A stretch of DNA of 64,000 nt. Origin: an uncultured Chloroflexia bacterium. Lineage in GTDB: Bacteria > Chloroflexota > Chloroflexia > QHBQ01 > JADMIH01. Shown here piece after piece: positions 51,216-64,000 of the stretch. A program made the translations under genes and the position numbers. The DNA lies in the NCBI GenBank assembly GCA_963797095.1, contig CAWCNY010000002.1:576001-640000 (forward strand), in the 5' to 3' direction. Within the stretch, counting starts at the first letter, position 1. Every line of letters begins with the position of its first letter. The notes beneath the pieces are model-generated. The model saw nothing but the letters and a program-made list of their open reading frames with translations, was not told where the DNA came from and searched no databases.

Positions 51216-51256
51216 TCTCCGGTCACACACCGAAAAGCGCCTGGCGAGAAACCGCA

Positions 51257-51769
51257 ATGGTAGCAGAATACACAGAACACGAATCACAGCATCCGGCGAA
51301 AGCCTCCACAGCCGTAATCATCGGCATCGGTAATGACTACCGGCGTGACGATGCAGCCGGTCTGCTGGTGGCGCGGGCGCTGAGAAAACTCGTCCCTGGC
51401 GAGGTACATGTCTATGAATGTACAGGTAGCGGTCTCGAACTTATCGACCTGTGGTCCGACGCTGACCTCGTCCTCCTTATCGACGCTGTTTCTTCAGGCG
51501 CGGACCCCGGCACGATCTACTGCATCGAAGTCCACAAGCAACCTATACCGTCATACCTGTTTCACTACTCGACCCACGACTTCAGCGTCGCTGACACCAT
51601 AGAGCTTTCGCGTATGCTCGGAAAGCTGCCACCTCATCTCGTAGTATTCGGCATAGAGGGTCTTAACTTCGCCCAGGGCCAGGGCCTAACCGACGAAGTA
51701 GCCGCCTCCATCGAAACCCTCCCCCGTAAGGTACTCGACTACCTTAATCACAGTCTGGAAGGAGATTAA
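51257..51769 (+). CDS. Hydrogenase maturation endopeptidase (HybD/HycI family)
   Basis: IGIGNDYRRDDAAG, LIDAV, STH, VFGIE. Confidence 0.92.
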   Translation: MVAEYTEHESQHPAKASTAVIIGIGNDYRRDDAAGLLVARALRKLVPGEVHVYECTGSGLELIDLWSDADLVLLIDAVSSGADPGTIYCIEVHKQPIPSYLFHYSTHDFSVADTIELSRMLGKLPPHLVVFGIEGLNFAQGQGLTDEVAASIETLPRKVLDYLNHSLEGD

Positions 51770-51774
51770 AGAAA

Positions 51775-51950
51775 CCCCTGCTCACTCTCTCCAGGACAAC
51801 TGCTCACCTCCACAAAACTGTACCAAAGTACACCTCAAAACCTGTCCCGTTTTATCCCACAATTGTCATTTAGTATATGAGGGGAGATCCAACCCTCTAA
51901 ACATACAACCACCACAATAACGACCAGCCGCCACCCAAAAGTCCACATCC
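51775..51950 (+). repeat. Dispersed ~180-bp repeat family B, copy 2
   Basis: Aligns with the reverse complement of 5092-5270. Confidence 0.7.
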
Positions 51951-52022
51951 AACAGCCAGGATCGGCAGATGTATATGAAAAGCAGGGCACAGGCGCTTGC
52001 CCCCAACTCAAGGAGGACTACA

Positions 52023-53030
52023 ATGACAGACCTATCGACAACATATCTTGGCATAAATCTGCGCTCGCCCCTTGTGCCTTCGGCTTCCCCCCTCTCCGAA
52101 GACCTTGGCAAGATCAAGCGCATGGAAGACGCAGGCGCTGCCGCTATTGTCCTCTACTCCCTCTTCGAGGAGCAGTTGACCCACATCCGAAGAGAGCGCA
52201 CCCGCAACAAACAGACCGGCGCTCCCGGCATCGAAGACCCGTTCCCCAGGCAGTCTCGCTACCCCTTGACTCCCGAAGGCTATCTCAACCACATCCGCAA
52301 GGCCAAAGAAGCCGTCAAAATACCGGTCATCGCCAGCCTGAATTGCACCTCACTCGGCAGTTGGGTCGAATACGCCAAGCAGCTGCAGCAGGCCGGGGCC
52401 GATGCCCTTGAGCTAAACATCTACCATGTGCCCACCGACCTGTACGAGTCCGGTGCGCAGATCGAGCGCAGCACCATCCAGATCGTAGAGGATGTCCGCT
52501 CAGAGATACAGATCCCTCTGGCGGTCAAGATCGGCCCGTACTACAGCAATCCCGCCAATATGGCCTGGCGGCTTGAGAAGGCCGGGGCCGATGCACTGGT
52601 GCTCTTCAACCGCTTCTACCAGCCCGATATCAACCTGGAAAGCATGGCGATCACTCCCCGTATTCTCCTCAGTACGCCCCAGTCCATGCGCCTCCCGTTG
52701 CGCTGGATCGCCATCCTCTACGGTCGGGTGCATACCGACATCGCCGCCACCGGGGGCATCCACGAGTCGTACGATGTAGCCAAGATGCTGCTGGCCGGGG
52801 CCAACGTCACCATGCTCTGCTCTGCCCTCCTGCGTCGTGGCATAGACTACTTGCAAATGCTAGAGAGAGACCTTATCCGCTGGATGGAAGGCCACAACTT
52901 CGAATCGGTTCAGGATATGCGCGGCAAAATGAGCCAGCTAAGCTGCCCCGATCCTGAAAGCTTCGAGCGCGCCCACTACATACGCACCCTGCAAAACTAC
53001 TCACGCCTCACGCCCGGAAACGCCGGTTAG
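52023..53030 (+). CDS. Dihydroorotate dehydrogenase-like flavoprotein, copy 1
   Basis: DLSTTYLG..L.SP.VPSASPL, SLFEEQ, PVIASLN, ALELNIY, LFNRFYQPD, FERAHY. Confidence 0.88.
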   Translation: MTDLSTTYLGINLRSPLVPSASPLSEDLGKIKRMEDAGAAAIVLYSLFEEQLTHIRRERTRNKQTGAPGIEDPFPRQSRYPLTPEGYLNHIRKAKEAVKIPVIASLNCTSLGSWVEYAKQLQQAGADALELNIYHVPTDLYESGAQIERSTIQIVEDVRSEIQIPLAVKIGPYYSNPANMAWRLEKAGADALVLFNRFYQPDINLESMAITPRILLSTPQSMRLPLRWIAILYGRVHTDIAATGGIHESYDVAKMLLAGANVTMLCSALLRRGIDYLQMLERDLIRWMEGHNFESVQDMRGKMSQLSCPDPESFERAHYIRTLQNYSRLTPGNAG

Positions 53031-53057
53031 CTTTCATAGAAAATTGACACCCACACT

Positions 53058-53085
53058 GTAGGAGCGCAGGTCTGCCTGCGCTCCT
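53058..53085 (+). repeat. GTAG-type REP-like hairpin
   Basis: GT-AGGAGCGCAGG-TCTG-CCTGCGCTCCT; same ACCCAC(C)ACTGTAGG lead-in as 51191. Confidence 0.6.
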
Positions 53086-53174
53086 ATCTACCGTAGGCAG
53101 AGGAGGGACGGCATGGAACAGAACTACGCTGTCCCGTTCTACACCGCCCCTCCCCTGCCTGTGATTGGCACCAA

Positions 53175-54155
53175 TTATCTTCCTTGAACCAGTTGGATAT
53201 TCCCAACACCCGTTGACACATCGATATTAATAGTAGCCGCCGAAACGCCATAGGCTGCGTTTGTATACGTCTTGCCATTGACCGTCAGGCCGCTTGAGGT
53301 CACATGCCCCAGGCCGCCCTCCGCCGTTACACGCACGCCTGTATCCTGAGGCAGAATTATGGTTACCTGGCCGACACCACCCTTAACCAGTACATCCAGG
53401 TCCTGCGTCCACTGCCCGGTAAGATCGATCGTGGTATTTCCAACGCCGCTGTTCACCTCCAGCCTGCTCAGGTCCAATCCGCCGAACTTCAAATCTCCAT
53501 CCCCTACGCCCACATTCACTCTCATGGTCATAGGCACGTCATTCTTGAAGTACAGGTTCCACTCATATCGGGTACCTGGGCTGGTGCTGATCGTGCCCTG
53601 GTTGGGCTGCCGCACAAGTAGCGTACCCTCGGTGCCCTTCACATCGTATGACAGCACCGGCTTCCACGACTCGATATTGTAAGTGAAGGTGGCGTCCATA
53701 AGTTCGTTCGCGTTGCCCGCCACGTTCAACTTACCTACACCCATATCGATATCGACTACAACCGACTGTGCTTCGCCCAGCGCAATCGACTGTGTCTCGG
53801 TCCTCAAGTCGCCAACTGTCGGGTTGGTCACCTGCCCGACTATGTTCGAGACTACGAGCATCACGGCGATCACGAAGATCAAGCCGAGCACAACTACTGC
53901 TCCCAGTATGGATAGGACCGCGGTCACCGGGCTGATACCCTGTTGTGCGGCGATGGGCTGGCTTGGTAGTTGTTGCTGTGTGTATGGGGTATGCGTGGTC
54001 TCCGGCGGCGGATACAGCGGGTAAGTAGGTGTGCTTAATGGTAGCTGACCGCTAGGTGCGGGCTGCGGTTCCGGCTTTACCCTTGCGGCTTCTTCAGGTG
54101 GTTCGGGCACCTCAACACCCGTGCCGCCAACAGGTCTATTGTTGTTATTCTCCAT
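53175..54155 (-). CDS. Membrane-anchored 'toast rack' / LiaF-DUF2154-like beta-repeat protein
   Basis: Pro-rich N-terminus, single TM, repeated GVG..I.L beta-strand units. Confidence 0.75.
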   Translation of the reverse strand: MENNNNRPVGGTGVEVPEPPEEAARVKPEPQPAPSGQLPLSTPTYPLYPPPETTHTPYTQQQLPSQPIAAQQGISPVTAVLSILGAVVVLGLIFVIAVMLVVSNIVGQVTNPTVGDLRTETQSIALGEAQSVVVDIDMGVGKLNVAGNANELMDATFTYNIESWKPVLSYDVKGTEGTLLVRQPNQGTISTSPGTRYEWNLYFKNDVPMTMRVNVGVGDGDLKFGGLDLSRLEVNSGVGNTTIDLTGQWTQDLDVLVKGGVGQVTIILPQDTGVRVTAEGGLGHVTSSGLTVNGKTYTNAAYGVSAATINIDVSTGVGNIQLVQGR

Positions 54156-54218
54156 CCTGTCCCTCCTATTTCGAGTTGCAAACCATCCTCCGCCGCTAAG
54201 GCAGAGTCTCACGACTCT

Positions 54219-54272
54219 ACTCTATCTTATGAAGGTGAATACCCTGGTGTATGCCTGGTGACAACGGGTTGC
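54219..54272 (-). promoter_or_regulatory. Direct-repeat regulon promoter (toast-rack gene)
   Basis: Minus strand GCAACC, GTCACC, TACACC, TTCACC (10-11-12), 9-nt gap, TAGAGT. Confidence 0.65.
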
Positions 54273-54302
54273 AGTCTTTCGTGATAAACATCGCAACCCT
54301 TT

Positions 54303-54356
54303 GTCACTGTTCTTTGACCTATCTATACCGTTACCTCTACCTTAGCTTGCTACAGT
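54303..54356 (+). promoter_or_regulatory. Direct-repeat regulon promoter (2-oxoacid oxidoreductase operon)
   Basis: GTCACT 54303, TTGACC 54314, TATACC 54324, TCTACC 54336, 9-nt gap, TACAGT 54351. Confidence 0.7.
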
Positions 54357-54432
54357 TACTACAGAGATCATCCCCTATTGAGCCTGATCCCAGTCAGAAT
54401 CGACCGTGGGAGGCGCTACAAGGAGGTAGCTT

Positions 54433-54666
54433 ATGCGAGGAACGATCACCATTGACGAGAACAGGTGTAAAGGGTGCGAGCTTTGTACCACCGTCTGCCC
54501 TAAAGGCATTATCCACATAGCAGACCGGTTTACCCCGCGAGGCTACAAGCCTGCCATTTTAGTAGACCCCAATTTCGTCTGCACAGGCTGCCTGCTCTGC
54601 TCAACCATTTGCCCCGACGCGGCCATTACCGTCTATCGTGAAGGGGGAATTAAACGTAAGGTGTAA
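54433..54666 (+). CDS. 2x[4Fe-4S] ferredoxin (delta subunit)
   Basis: CKGCELCTTVCP and CTGCLLCSTICPD. Confidence 0.92.
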   Translation: MRGTITIDENRCKGCELCTTVCPKGIIHIADRFTPRGYKPAILVDPNFVCTGCLLCSTICPDAAITVYREGGIKRKV

Positions 54667-54742
54667 CACGTAGAATCCACCGGGCAATACCGGCGTCTAC
54701 GTCTCACCCCTTACGTTTTGTGTTTTTACGAGGAGTGTCACT

Positions 54743-55807
54743 ATGACTAAAGAACTCTGGAAAGGCAACGAAGCAATCGCAGAGGCCGCCGTGCGCGCAG
54801 GAGTGGAAGCCTACTTTGGCTATCCCATCACCCCCCAGACCGAATTGCTCGAATATCTGGCGCGTCGCATGGTAGAGCTTGGGCGCGTCTTCTTGCAGGC
54901 TGAAAGCGAATTGGCCGCCATCAATATGGTGTACGGCGCGGGCTGCACCGGGGCGCGGGTAATGACCTCGTCCTCAAGCCCCGGCATCTCCCTCATGCAG
55001 GAGGGCCTCTCCTACATCACCGCCTCAGGCGTTCCCTGCGTGCTGGTCGATATGATGCGCGGCGGCCCTGGCCTCGGCAACATCGCCCCGGCCCAGGCTG
55101 ACTATTTCCAGCTTGTCAAGGGCGGCGGCCACGGCGACTACCACCTCATCGTATTCGCTCCCGCCTCGGTTCAGGAAGCCGCCGATCTCACCTATGAGGC
55201 GTTTGATCTTGCCATGAAATACCGCCTTGTAGTGGTCATCGCCGCCGATGGAGCTATCGGCCAGATGATGGAGCCTGTAGAGATGCCCCCCACTCGCGAT
55301 ATCACTAAGCAGGATCAGGGTTGGGAACTGACAGGCGCGATAGGCCGCGAGCGCCGCCTGATCACCTCCATCGGCCTCCAACCCGCCGAGCTGGAGCAAC
55401 TCAACTTCCAGGTGCAGGCCCGCCAGCAGCAGGCGGAGGCCCATGAAGTGCGCTACGAAGAGCGCTGGACCGACGACGCCGACCTGGTGGTAGTGGCGTT
55501 CGGCACCGCCGCGCGGGTGGCGCAATCCGCCGTGCGCGAGGCGCGAGAGCGCGGCCTCCATGTCGGCCTCTTCAGGCCGATCAGCCTGTGGCCCTTCCCA
55601 ACTGAGCCGCTGGCGCGCCTCGCCAGGACCGCCCGGCGCTTCCTCGTAGTCGAAATGAACGCGGGCCAGATGGTCGAAGACGTGCGGCTTGCAGTAGGCT
55701 CCGGCTCTGATGTTTCCTTCCTGGGCAAACTGGGCGGTTTCGTGCCCATGCCGGAGGAGATTTTCCATAAGATCGAACAACTGGAGCTTACGCCCGCCCT
55801 GAGCTAG
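54743..55807 (+). CDS. vorB: 2-oxoacid:ferredoxin oxidoreductase alpha subunit (VorB-like)
   Basis: [45 protein letters not shown]. Confidence 0.88.
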   Translation: MTKELWKGNEAIAEAAVRAGVEAYFGYPITPQTELLEYLARRMVELGRVFLQAESELAAINMVYGAGCTGARVMTSSSSPGISLMQEGLSYITASGVPCVLVDMMRGGPGLGNIAPAQADYFQLVKGGGHGDYHLIVFAPASVQEAADLTYEAFDLAMKYRLVVVIAADGAIGQMMEPVEMPPTRDITKQDQGWELTGAIGRERRLITSIGLQPAELEQLNFQVQARQQQAEAHEVRYEERWTDDADLVVVAFGTAARVAQSAVREARERGLHVGLFRPISLWPFPTEPLARLARTARRFLVVEMNAGQMVEDVRLAVGSGSDVSFLGKLGGFVPMPEEIFHKIEQLELTPALS

Positions 55808-55831
55808 AGGGAGATCAAAGGAGATATAACT

Positions 55832-56605
55832 ATGCTTAAAGACACTTTACCCATCGTCTATGCCAGGCCATCTACCTTCACGCCCGCCATCACCCACTAT
55901 TGCCCGGGCTGCTCCCACGGCGTGATCCATCGCCTCGTTGCCGAGGTGATCGAAGAGCTCGGCATACGCGAGAAGACCATTGGCGTGGCCTCCGTCGGTT
56001 GCTCGGTCTTCGCCTACAACTATTTTGATTGCGATTTCGCCGAGGCCGCCCACGGTCGCGCCCCCGCGATGGCGACCGGCGTAAAGCGCACCCACCCCGA
56101 CCGTGTAGTCTTCACCTACCAGGGCGACGGCGACCTCGCCTCCATCGGCACTACCGAGATCGTTCACGCCGCAGCGCGTGGTGAAAACATCACCGTAATC
56201 TTCGTCAACAATGCCGTCTACGGCATGACCGGCGGCCAGATGGCTCCTACCTCTCTGCCCGATATGAAGACTACATCCTCCCCCTTCGGGCGTGACGTGC
56301 ACACGATGGGCTTTCCCATCAGGATGTCCGAGATGCTCGCCCTCCTCGATGGTGCCGCCTACGTGGTGCGTCGCTCTGCCCACGACCCCGGCAATATCAA
56401 CAAAGCCCGAAAGGCCATCAAGACTGCCTTTCAGGCCCAGCTCAACGGCCTCGGCTTCTCGATGGTAGAGATCCTCTCGGCCTGCCCGGTAAACTGGAAC
56501 CTCACCCCGATCGAGGCCGTGCGCTACGTTGAGGAAAAGATGGTCCCCTACTATCCTCTGGGCGACTACAAAGTAGCGGATACAGTCAAGAACATGGGAC
56601 TTTGA
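55832..56605 (+). CDS. 2-oxoacid:ferredoxin oxidoreductase beta (TPP-binding) subunit
   Basis: YCPGC.HG, VGCS, HGRA, QGDGD...[16 protein letters not shown]. Confidence 0.92.
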   Translation: MLKDTLPIVYARPSTFTPAITHYCPGCSHGVIHRLVAEVIEELGIREKTIGVASVGCSVFAYNYFDCDFAEAAHGRAPAMATGVKRTHPDRVVFTYQGDGDLASIGTTEIVHAAARGENITVIFVNNAVYGMTGGQMAPTSLPDMKTTSSPFGRDVHTMGFPIRMSEMLALLDGAAYVVRRSAHDPGNINKARKAIKTAFQAQLNGLGFSMVEILSACPVNWNLTPIEAVRYVEEKMVPYYPLGDYKVADTVKNMGL

Positions 56606-56619
56606 AGAAGGAGAGAACC

Positions 56620-57174
56620 ATGCACGAAGAGATCATCATCTCCGGCTTTGGCGGCCAGGGCGTGCTATTTGCCGGACAATTACTTGCCTACTCAGGGGTG
56701 GCCGATGGCTTGCACGTCACCTGGATACCCTCCTACGGCCCTGAGATGCGCGGTGGTACCGCCCACTGCGAGGTAGTGATCTCCTCCGAGGAGATAGGCT
56801 CACCTCTCACCGACCACCCAACTGCTGCAATTGTGCTCAATACACCCTCGATGGAAAAATACGAGCCGATGATCAAGCCAGGCGGCGTGCTCCTCCTCGA
56901 TTCATCCCTTATCTCACGTCGCACAACCCGCCACGACATCCGCGAGATCGCCATCCCTGCCAAAGAGATCGCGGCCAGCCTCGGCCTGCCCCAGGCCGCC
57001 AACATGATCATGGTGGGCGCCCTCGCCGCCGTCACAGGCATAATCCACATAGAGACAATCGAAGGTGTTCTCCAGCAAAAACTGGGCAAGCGCCACGCCG
57101 ACACCCTCGAAGCTAACAAGCACGCCCTACGCTGCGGCGTGGTAAGCGCCCACGAAGCCCCGGTACCGGCGTAA
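56620..57174 (+). CDS. 2-oxoacid:ferredoxin oxidoreductase gamma subunit
   Basis: SGFGGQG, SYGPEMRGG, NMIMVGA. Confidence 0.92.
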   Translation: MHEEIIISGFGGQGVLFAGQLLAYSGVADGLHVTWIPSYGPEMRGGTAHCEVVISSEEIGSPLTDHPTAAIVLNTPSMEKYEPMIKPGGVLLLDSSLISRRTTRHDIREIAIPAKEIAASLGLPQAANMIMVGALAAVTGIIHIETIEGVLQQKLGKRHADTLEANKHALRCGVVSAHEAPVPA

Positions 57175-57177
57175 AAA

Positions 57178-57300
57178 GTGACGAGTGACGAGTGACGAGT
57201 AACAACGCAATACGCAATACGCAATACGCAATACGCAATACGCAATACGCAATAGCCACTCTCCACTCTCCACTCTCCACTCTCCACTCTCCACTCTCCA
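57178..57300. repeat. Composite heptamer array (GTGACGA)3-GTAACAA-(CGCAATA)7-G-(CCACTCT)6
   Basis: Direct reading; fills almost the whole space between a stop codon and the next RBS. Confidence 0.95.
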
Positions 57301-57315
57301 GAAGGGACAACCATC

Positions 57316-58569
57316 ATGCATACACTATGGAATCAGCGCTTCGCGCAGCGCACTCAAAGGATGTCCGGCTCGATCATACGTGAGCTTCTCAAATTGACCG
57401 AACAGGATGGCATAATCTCGTTCGCGGGTGGACTTCCTGCCCCCGAAGTATTTCCGGTAGACGAGGTGGAAGCTGCCGTCACAAGGGTCTTGACAGACCA
57501 CGGACCCCAGGCTCTGCAATACAGCACTACCGAAGGCTACCATCCCCTGCGCGACCTGCTTGCTAGCCACACCGCCCGCTATGGCATCCACATCACCGCC
57601 GAAAACGTCCTCATTACATCAGGCTCGCAGCAGGCACTCGACCTCCTCGGCAAAGTCTTCATCAACCGAGGAGATCGAATATTGGTGGAGGCCCCCACCT
57701 ATCTAGGAGCCTTGCAGGCCTGGAACTCCTACGGAGCCGAGTATGTGCCTGTGCCTGCAGATGAGGATGGCATGAACACCGGCGGGCTTGAAGCGGCCTT
57801 GCGCGTCGGACCTAAGTTCATCTATGTCTTGCCCAACTTCCAGAACCCCACTGGTGTCACTCTAAGCCTGGAGCGCCGCCGCAAACTCGTTGCGCTGGCC
57901 GACCACTACGGCGTCCCCATCATCGAAGACGACCCCTATGGGCAGCTACGCTATGAAGGCAAGCACCTCCCTCCCGTCGCGGTTCTTGATGAACAGAGCT
58001 GGCATCGTGGCGAATACTCTTATTCCGGCAACGTGATCTATCTGAGTACCTTCTCAAAGACATTGGCCCCTGGCCTCCGGTTAGGTTGGGTGGTGGCCGC
58101 TCCTGAGGTGATCGCCAAAATGGCCCAGGCCAAGCAAGGTGCTGACCTTCACACATCCACCTTCACCCAGATGGTGGCCTATGAGGTCGCCAAGAACGGC
58201 TTCATCGACCATCATGTGCAACTGATCCGCAAGGTCTACAGCGAGCGCCGTGATATCATGCTTGAGGCCATGCAGGCCCACTTCCCCGAAGGCGTGCGTT
58301 GGACGCACCCGGATGGCGGCCTCTTCCTCTGGGTCACCCTTCCTGAATCGCTCGATGCCGCCGAATTACTCAAGAAAGCCATAAAGCAGAGGGTGGCTTT
58401 CGTGCCTGGCGCTCCTTTCTTCCCCTGTGGAGGTGGGCATAACACCATGCGCCTCAACTTCTCCAACGCCTCCCCCGACGCCATCCGGGCCGGGATCGCC
58501 AGGCTGGGAGATGTGCTGAAGGCAGAATTGGCAGCTCCCACAATGGAATATAGCCTGGCGATACCCTGA
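57316..58569 (+). CDS. PLP-dependent aminotransferase class I (LysN/ARO8-like)
   Basis: ISFAGGLP, LQYSTTEG, NFQNPTG, EDDPY, TFSKTLAPGLRLGW, MRLNFS. Confidence 0.92.
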   Translation: MHTLWNQRFAQRTQRMSGSIIRELLKLTEQDGIISFAGGLPAPEVFPVDEVEAAVTRVLTDHGPQALQYSTTEGYHPLRDLLASHTARYGIHITAENVLITSGSQQALDLLGKVFINRGDRILVEAPTYLGALQAWNSYGAEYVPVPADEDGMNTGGLEAALRVGPKFIYVLPNFQNPTGVTLSLERRRKLVALADHYGVPIIEDDPYGQLRYEGKHLPPVAVLDEQSWHRGEYSYSGNVIYLSTFSKTLAPGLRLGWVVAAPEVIAKMAQAKQGADLHTSTFTQMVAYEVAKNGFIDHHVQLIRKVYSERRDIMLEAMQAHFPEGVRWTHPDGGLFLWVTLPESLDAAELLKKAIKQRVAFVPGAPFFPCGGGHNTMRLNFSNASPDAIRAGIARLGDVLKAELAAPTMEYSLAIP

Positions 58570-58588
58570 TTATCCTCTGCACAGGCTT

Positions 58589-58635
58589 CAAAAGCGGGCT
58601 AGGCCTCGATTTGTTCACCTCTAAGCCCGCTTTTG
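58589..58635 (+). terminator. Intrinsic terminator after aminotransferase
   Basis: CAAAAGCGGGCT...AGCCCGCTTTTG. Confidence 0.6.
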
Positions 58636-58654
58636 GATTTGATGTGGTCTGATT

Positions 58655-58708
58655 TTCACCAGCTATTTACCGGATTTCACGGTCTCCTCCACCCTACGGT
58701 GCTAAAGT
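58655..58708 (+). promoter_or_regulatory. Direct-repeat regulon promoter (nifJ operon)
   Basis: TTCACC 58655, TTTACC 58666, TTCACG 58676, TCCACC 58688, 9-nt gap, TAAAGT 58703. Confidence 0.75.
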
Positions 58709-58783
58709 TAGCATTGTAGGGCAATTTAGCCATGTCTATGCCATGAGAAGAAGAGAGTCAGTCGCCAGAAGTCAGCCATTATC

Positions 58784-58857
58784 AACCAGGAACCAGGAAC
58801 CAAGAACATTCCGACTACCGACTACCGACTACCGACTACCGACTACCGACTACCGAC
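58784..58857. repeat. Composite heptamer array (AACCAGG)~3-(CCGACTA)6 in nifJ leader
   Basis: Direct reading. Confidence 0.92.
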
Positions 58858-58879
58858 CCAAGAAACGACAGGAACCACT

Positions 58880-62553
<3,674 letters not shown>

Positions 62554-62572
<19 letters not shown>

Positions 62573-62655
62573 CGAGTAACGAGTAACGAGTGACGAGTAA
62601 GCAGTACGCAATACGCAGTACGCAATACGCAGTACGCAATACGCAGTACGTCACG
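62554..62655. repeat. Composite heptamer array (GT[G/A]ACGA)6 grading into alternating GTACGCA/ATACGCA
   Basis: 14 units in a single 7-nt register; contains the nifJ stop; bounded by inverted CGTGACG/CGTCACG. Confidence 0.95.
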
Positions 62656-62671
62656 CTCCAGGAGACAACAT

Positions 62672-63676
62672 ATGGAACTCACCACCGAATATATGGGCAT
62701 GAAATTGCGCACACCCCTTGTGCCCTCCGCCTCCCCCCTTTCCGAGGACGTGGACAACATCAAAAGTATGGAGGACGCGGGCGCTGCCGCAGTAGTGTTG
62801 CATTCGCTATTCGAGGAGCAAATCGAGCAGGAGCGCCACGATCTGAACTTCCACATGACCGCCAACACCTACAGCTTCCCCGAAGCCCTCACCTTCTTCC
62901 CTGAGCCTTCCCACTTCCATGTAGGGCCTGAGGAGTACCTTGACCACATCCGCAAGGCAAAAGAGTCCGTTGACATCCCCGTAATCGCCAGCCTGAACGG
63001 ATCTTCTCTCGGCGGGTGGATCGACTATGCCATAGACATCGAGCAGGCAGGCGCCGATGCGCTTGAGTTGAACATTTTCTACGTTCCTACCGACATCGAC
63101 ATGATCTCGGCACAAGTAGAGCAGACCTACATCGACATACTCGAGGTCGTCAAAGAGCGAGTGCGCATCCCTGTTGCCGTAAAGCTGGGACCGTACTTCA
63201 GTAATCTGGCTCACATGGCTCGGCGACTGGACACCGCCGGAGCCGATGCGCTGGTGCTTTTCAATCGCTTCTACCAGCCTGATATAGACCTCAAGCACCT
63301 TGAGGTGCGCCCTCACATCCTCCTGAGCACTCCCCAGGCTTTGCGCCTCCCCCTGCGATGGGTCGCTATGCTGTACGGGCGCGTGCGGGCAGACCTGGCA
63401 GCTTCGGGTGGTATCCACACCGGCCTCGACGCCATCAAGATGATCATGGCCGGGGCCAATATCACCATGCTATGCTCGGTCCTCTTGAAGCGTGGCATCG
63501 AACAGATCGGAGTGATCGAGCGCGAAATGCTCGATTGGATGGAGCAGTACGAATACGAGTCGCTACGAGAGATGCACGCCAGCATGAGCCAGCGCAACAG
63601 CCCCGACCCCGCAGCCTTCGAGCGCGCCCAGTACGTGCGCGCCCTCCAGGACTTCAGGCGTCCTGTACACAGATAA
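62672..63676 (+). CDS. Dihydroorotate dehydrogenase-like flavoprotein, copy 2
   Basis: Paralog of 52023-53030; directly follows nifJ. Confidence 0.9.
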   Translation: MELTTEYMGMKLRTPLVPSASPLSEDVDNIKSMEDAGAAAVVLHSLFEEQIEQERHDLNFHMTANTYSFPEALTFFPEPSHFHVGPEEYLDHIRKAKESVDIPVIASLNGSSLGGWIDYAIDIEQAGADALELNIFYVPTDIDMISAQVEQTYIDILEVVKERVRIPVAVKLGPYFSNLAHMARRLDTAGADALVLFNRFYQPDIDLKHLEVRPHILLSTPQALRLPLRWVAMLYGRVRADLAASGGIHTGLDAIKMIMAGANITMLCSVLLKRGIEQIGVIEREMLDWMEQYEYESLREMHASMSQRNSPDPAAFERAQYVRALQDFRRPVHR

Positions 63677-63689
63677 CTCAGGAACAAAC

Positions 63690-63890
63690 GTGAGACACCC
63701 CGAGCTTTAGATGCAGGTTCGCAAACATGCATTCTGGTTCTAAAAAGAGCGGAAATGGCGGCGAAGCCGCCATTTCCGCTCTTTTTAGAACGCCCCTCCC
63801 CAAAAATTGGGGGTTGGGGTGGGGCCTTGGAGTACCCCGCTGCTTTAGTACACCCGAATTTGGAATTCGGGATGCTTCATGTTTGTTCAA
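63690..63890 (+). repeat. Dispersed ~200-bp palindromic repeat family A, copy 2
   Basis: Perfect stem at 63738-63790 homologous to 26547-26599. Confidence 0.85.
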
Positions 63891-63904
63891 TAGGTGCCTC
63901 TACC

Positions 63905-64000
63905 TTACCTGGCGCGTAGCGCATTCAATATCACCACCACATCAAGTGCCTCCTGGCACAGCGCGCCAACAGGCGCGGGTATCAAGCCGAAGCTTGCGAT
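63905..64000 (-). CDS. C-terminal end of a heavy-metal (P1B) P-type ATPase (partial)
   Basis: Translates IASFGLIPAPVGALCQEALDVVVILNALRAR*, typical of the last P1B-ATPase TM (..V.LNALR). Confidence 0.7.
   Translation of the reverse strand: MASFGLIPAPVGALCQEALDVVVILNALRAR

Noticed and set aside
54279-54296. Rex-like palindrome TCGTGATAAACATCGCAA between divergent promoters
   Set aside because: Several mismatches to TTGTGAA-N4-TTCACAA and not repeated at the other promoters; too weak to call.
57178-57300. Repeat arrays as CRISPR
   Set aside because: Units are 7-nt tandem repeats without unique spacers; no cas genes are present.

Overview
GC-rich bacterial chromosomal window, most likely Chloroflexota (Chloroflexia-like). 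That guess rests on the FPETG/YFERAR cell-surface repeats and the Cys-rich SLH protein. The left half (1-31 kb) is a mixed housekeeping/accessory region: peptide ABC permeases, a fused 2-oxoacid dehydrogenase E1, an AbrB-Doc toxin-antitoxin pair, an intein-containing uvrB, a TPR gene cut by a decayed IS256/IS701 composite, nfeD-stomatin, and glgC-glgC'-glgA. At about 35 kb a fluoride riboswitch heads an operon that has no intact fluoride exporter. The right half (35-64 kb) is a hypoxia/fermentation cluster: eno, an SQR-like oxidoreductase, cydABDC, a group 3b [NiFe]-hydrogenase, two DHOD-like flavoproteins, a 2-oxoacid:ferredoxin oxidoreductase, an aminotransferase and PFOR. The most notable unannotated signals are (i) one promoter architecture shared by eight promoters of this cluster (3-4 NNYACC-like direct repeats spaced about 11-10-12 nt, then exactly 9 nt to a TAnnnT -10 box); (ii) intergenic arrays built from several different heptamers, often with inverted arms; (iii) a glgC duplicate that has lost exactly the two catalytic residues lost in modulatory AGPase subunits; and (iv) two families of dispersed ~180-200 bp repeats. 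No rRNA, tRNA or CRISPR array was recognised. All calls were made by eye from motifs; no database searches were run.
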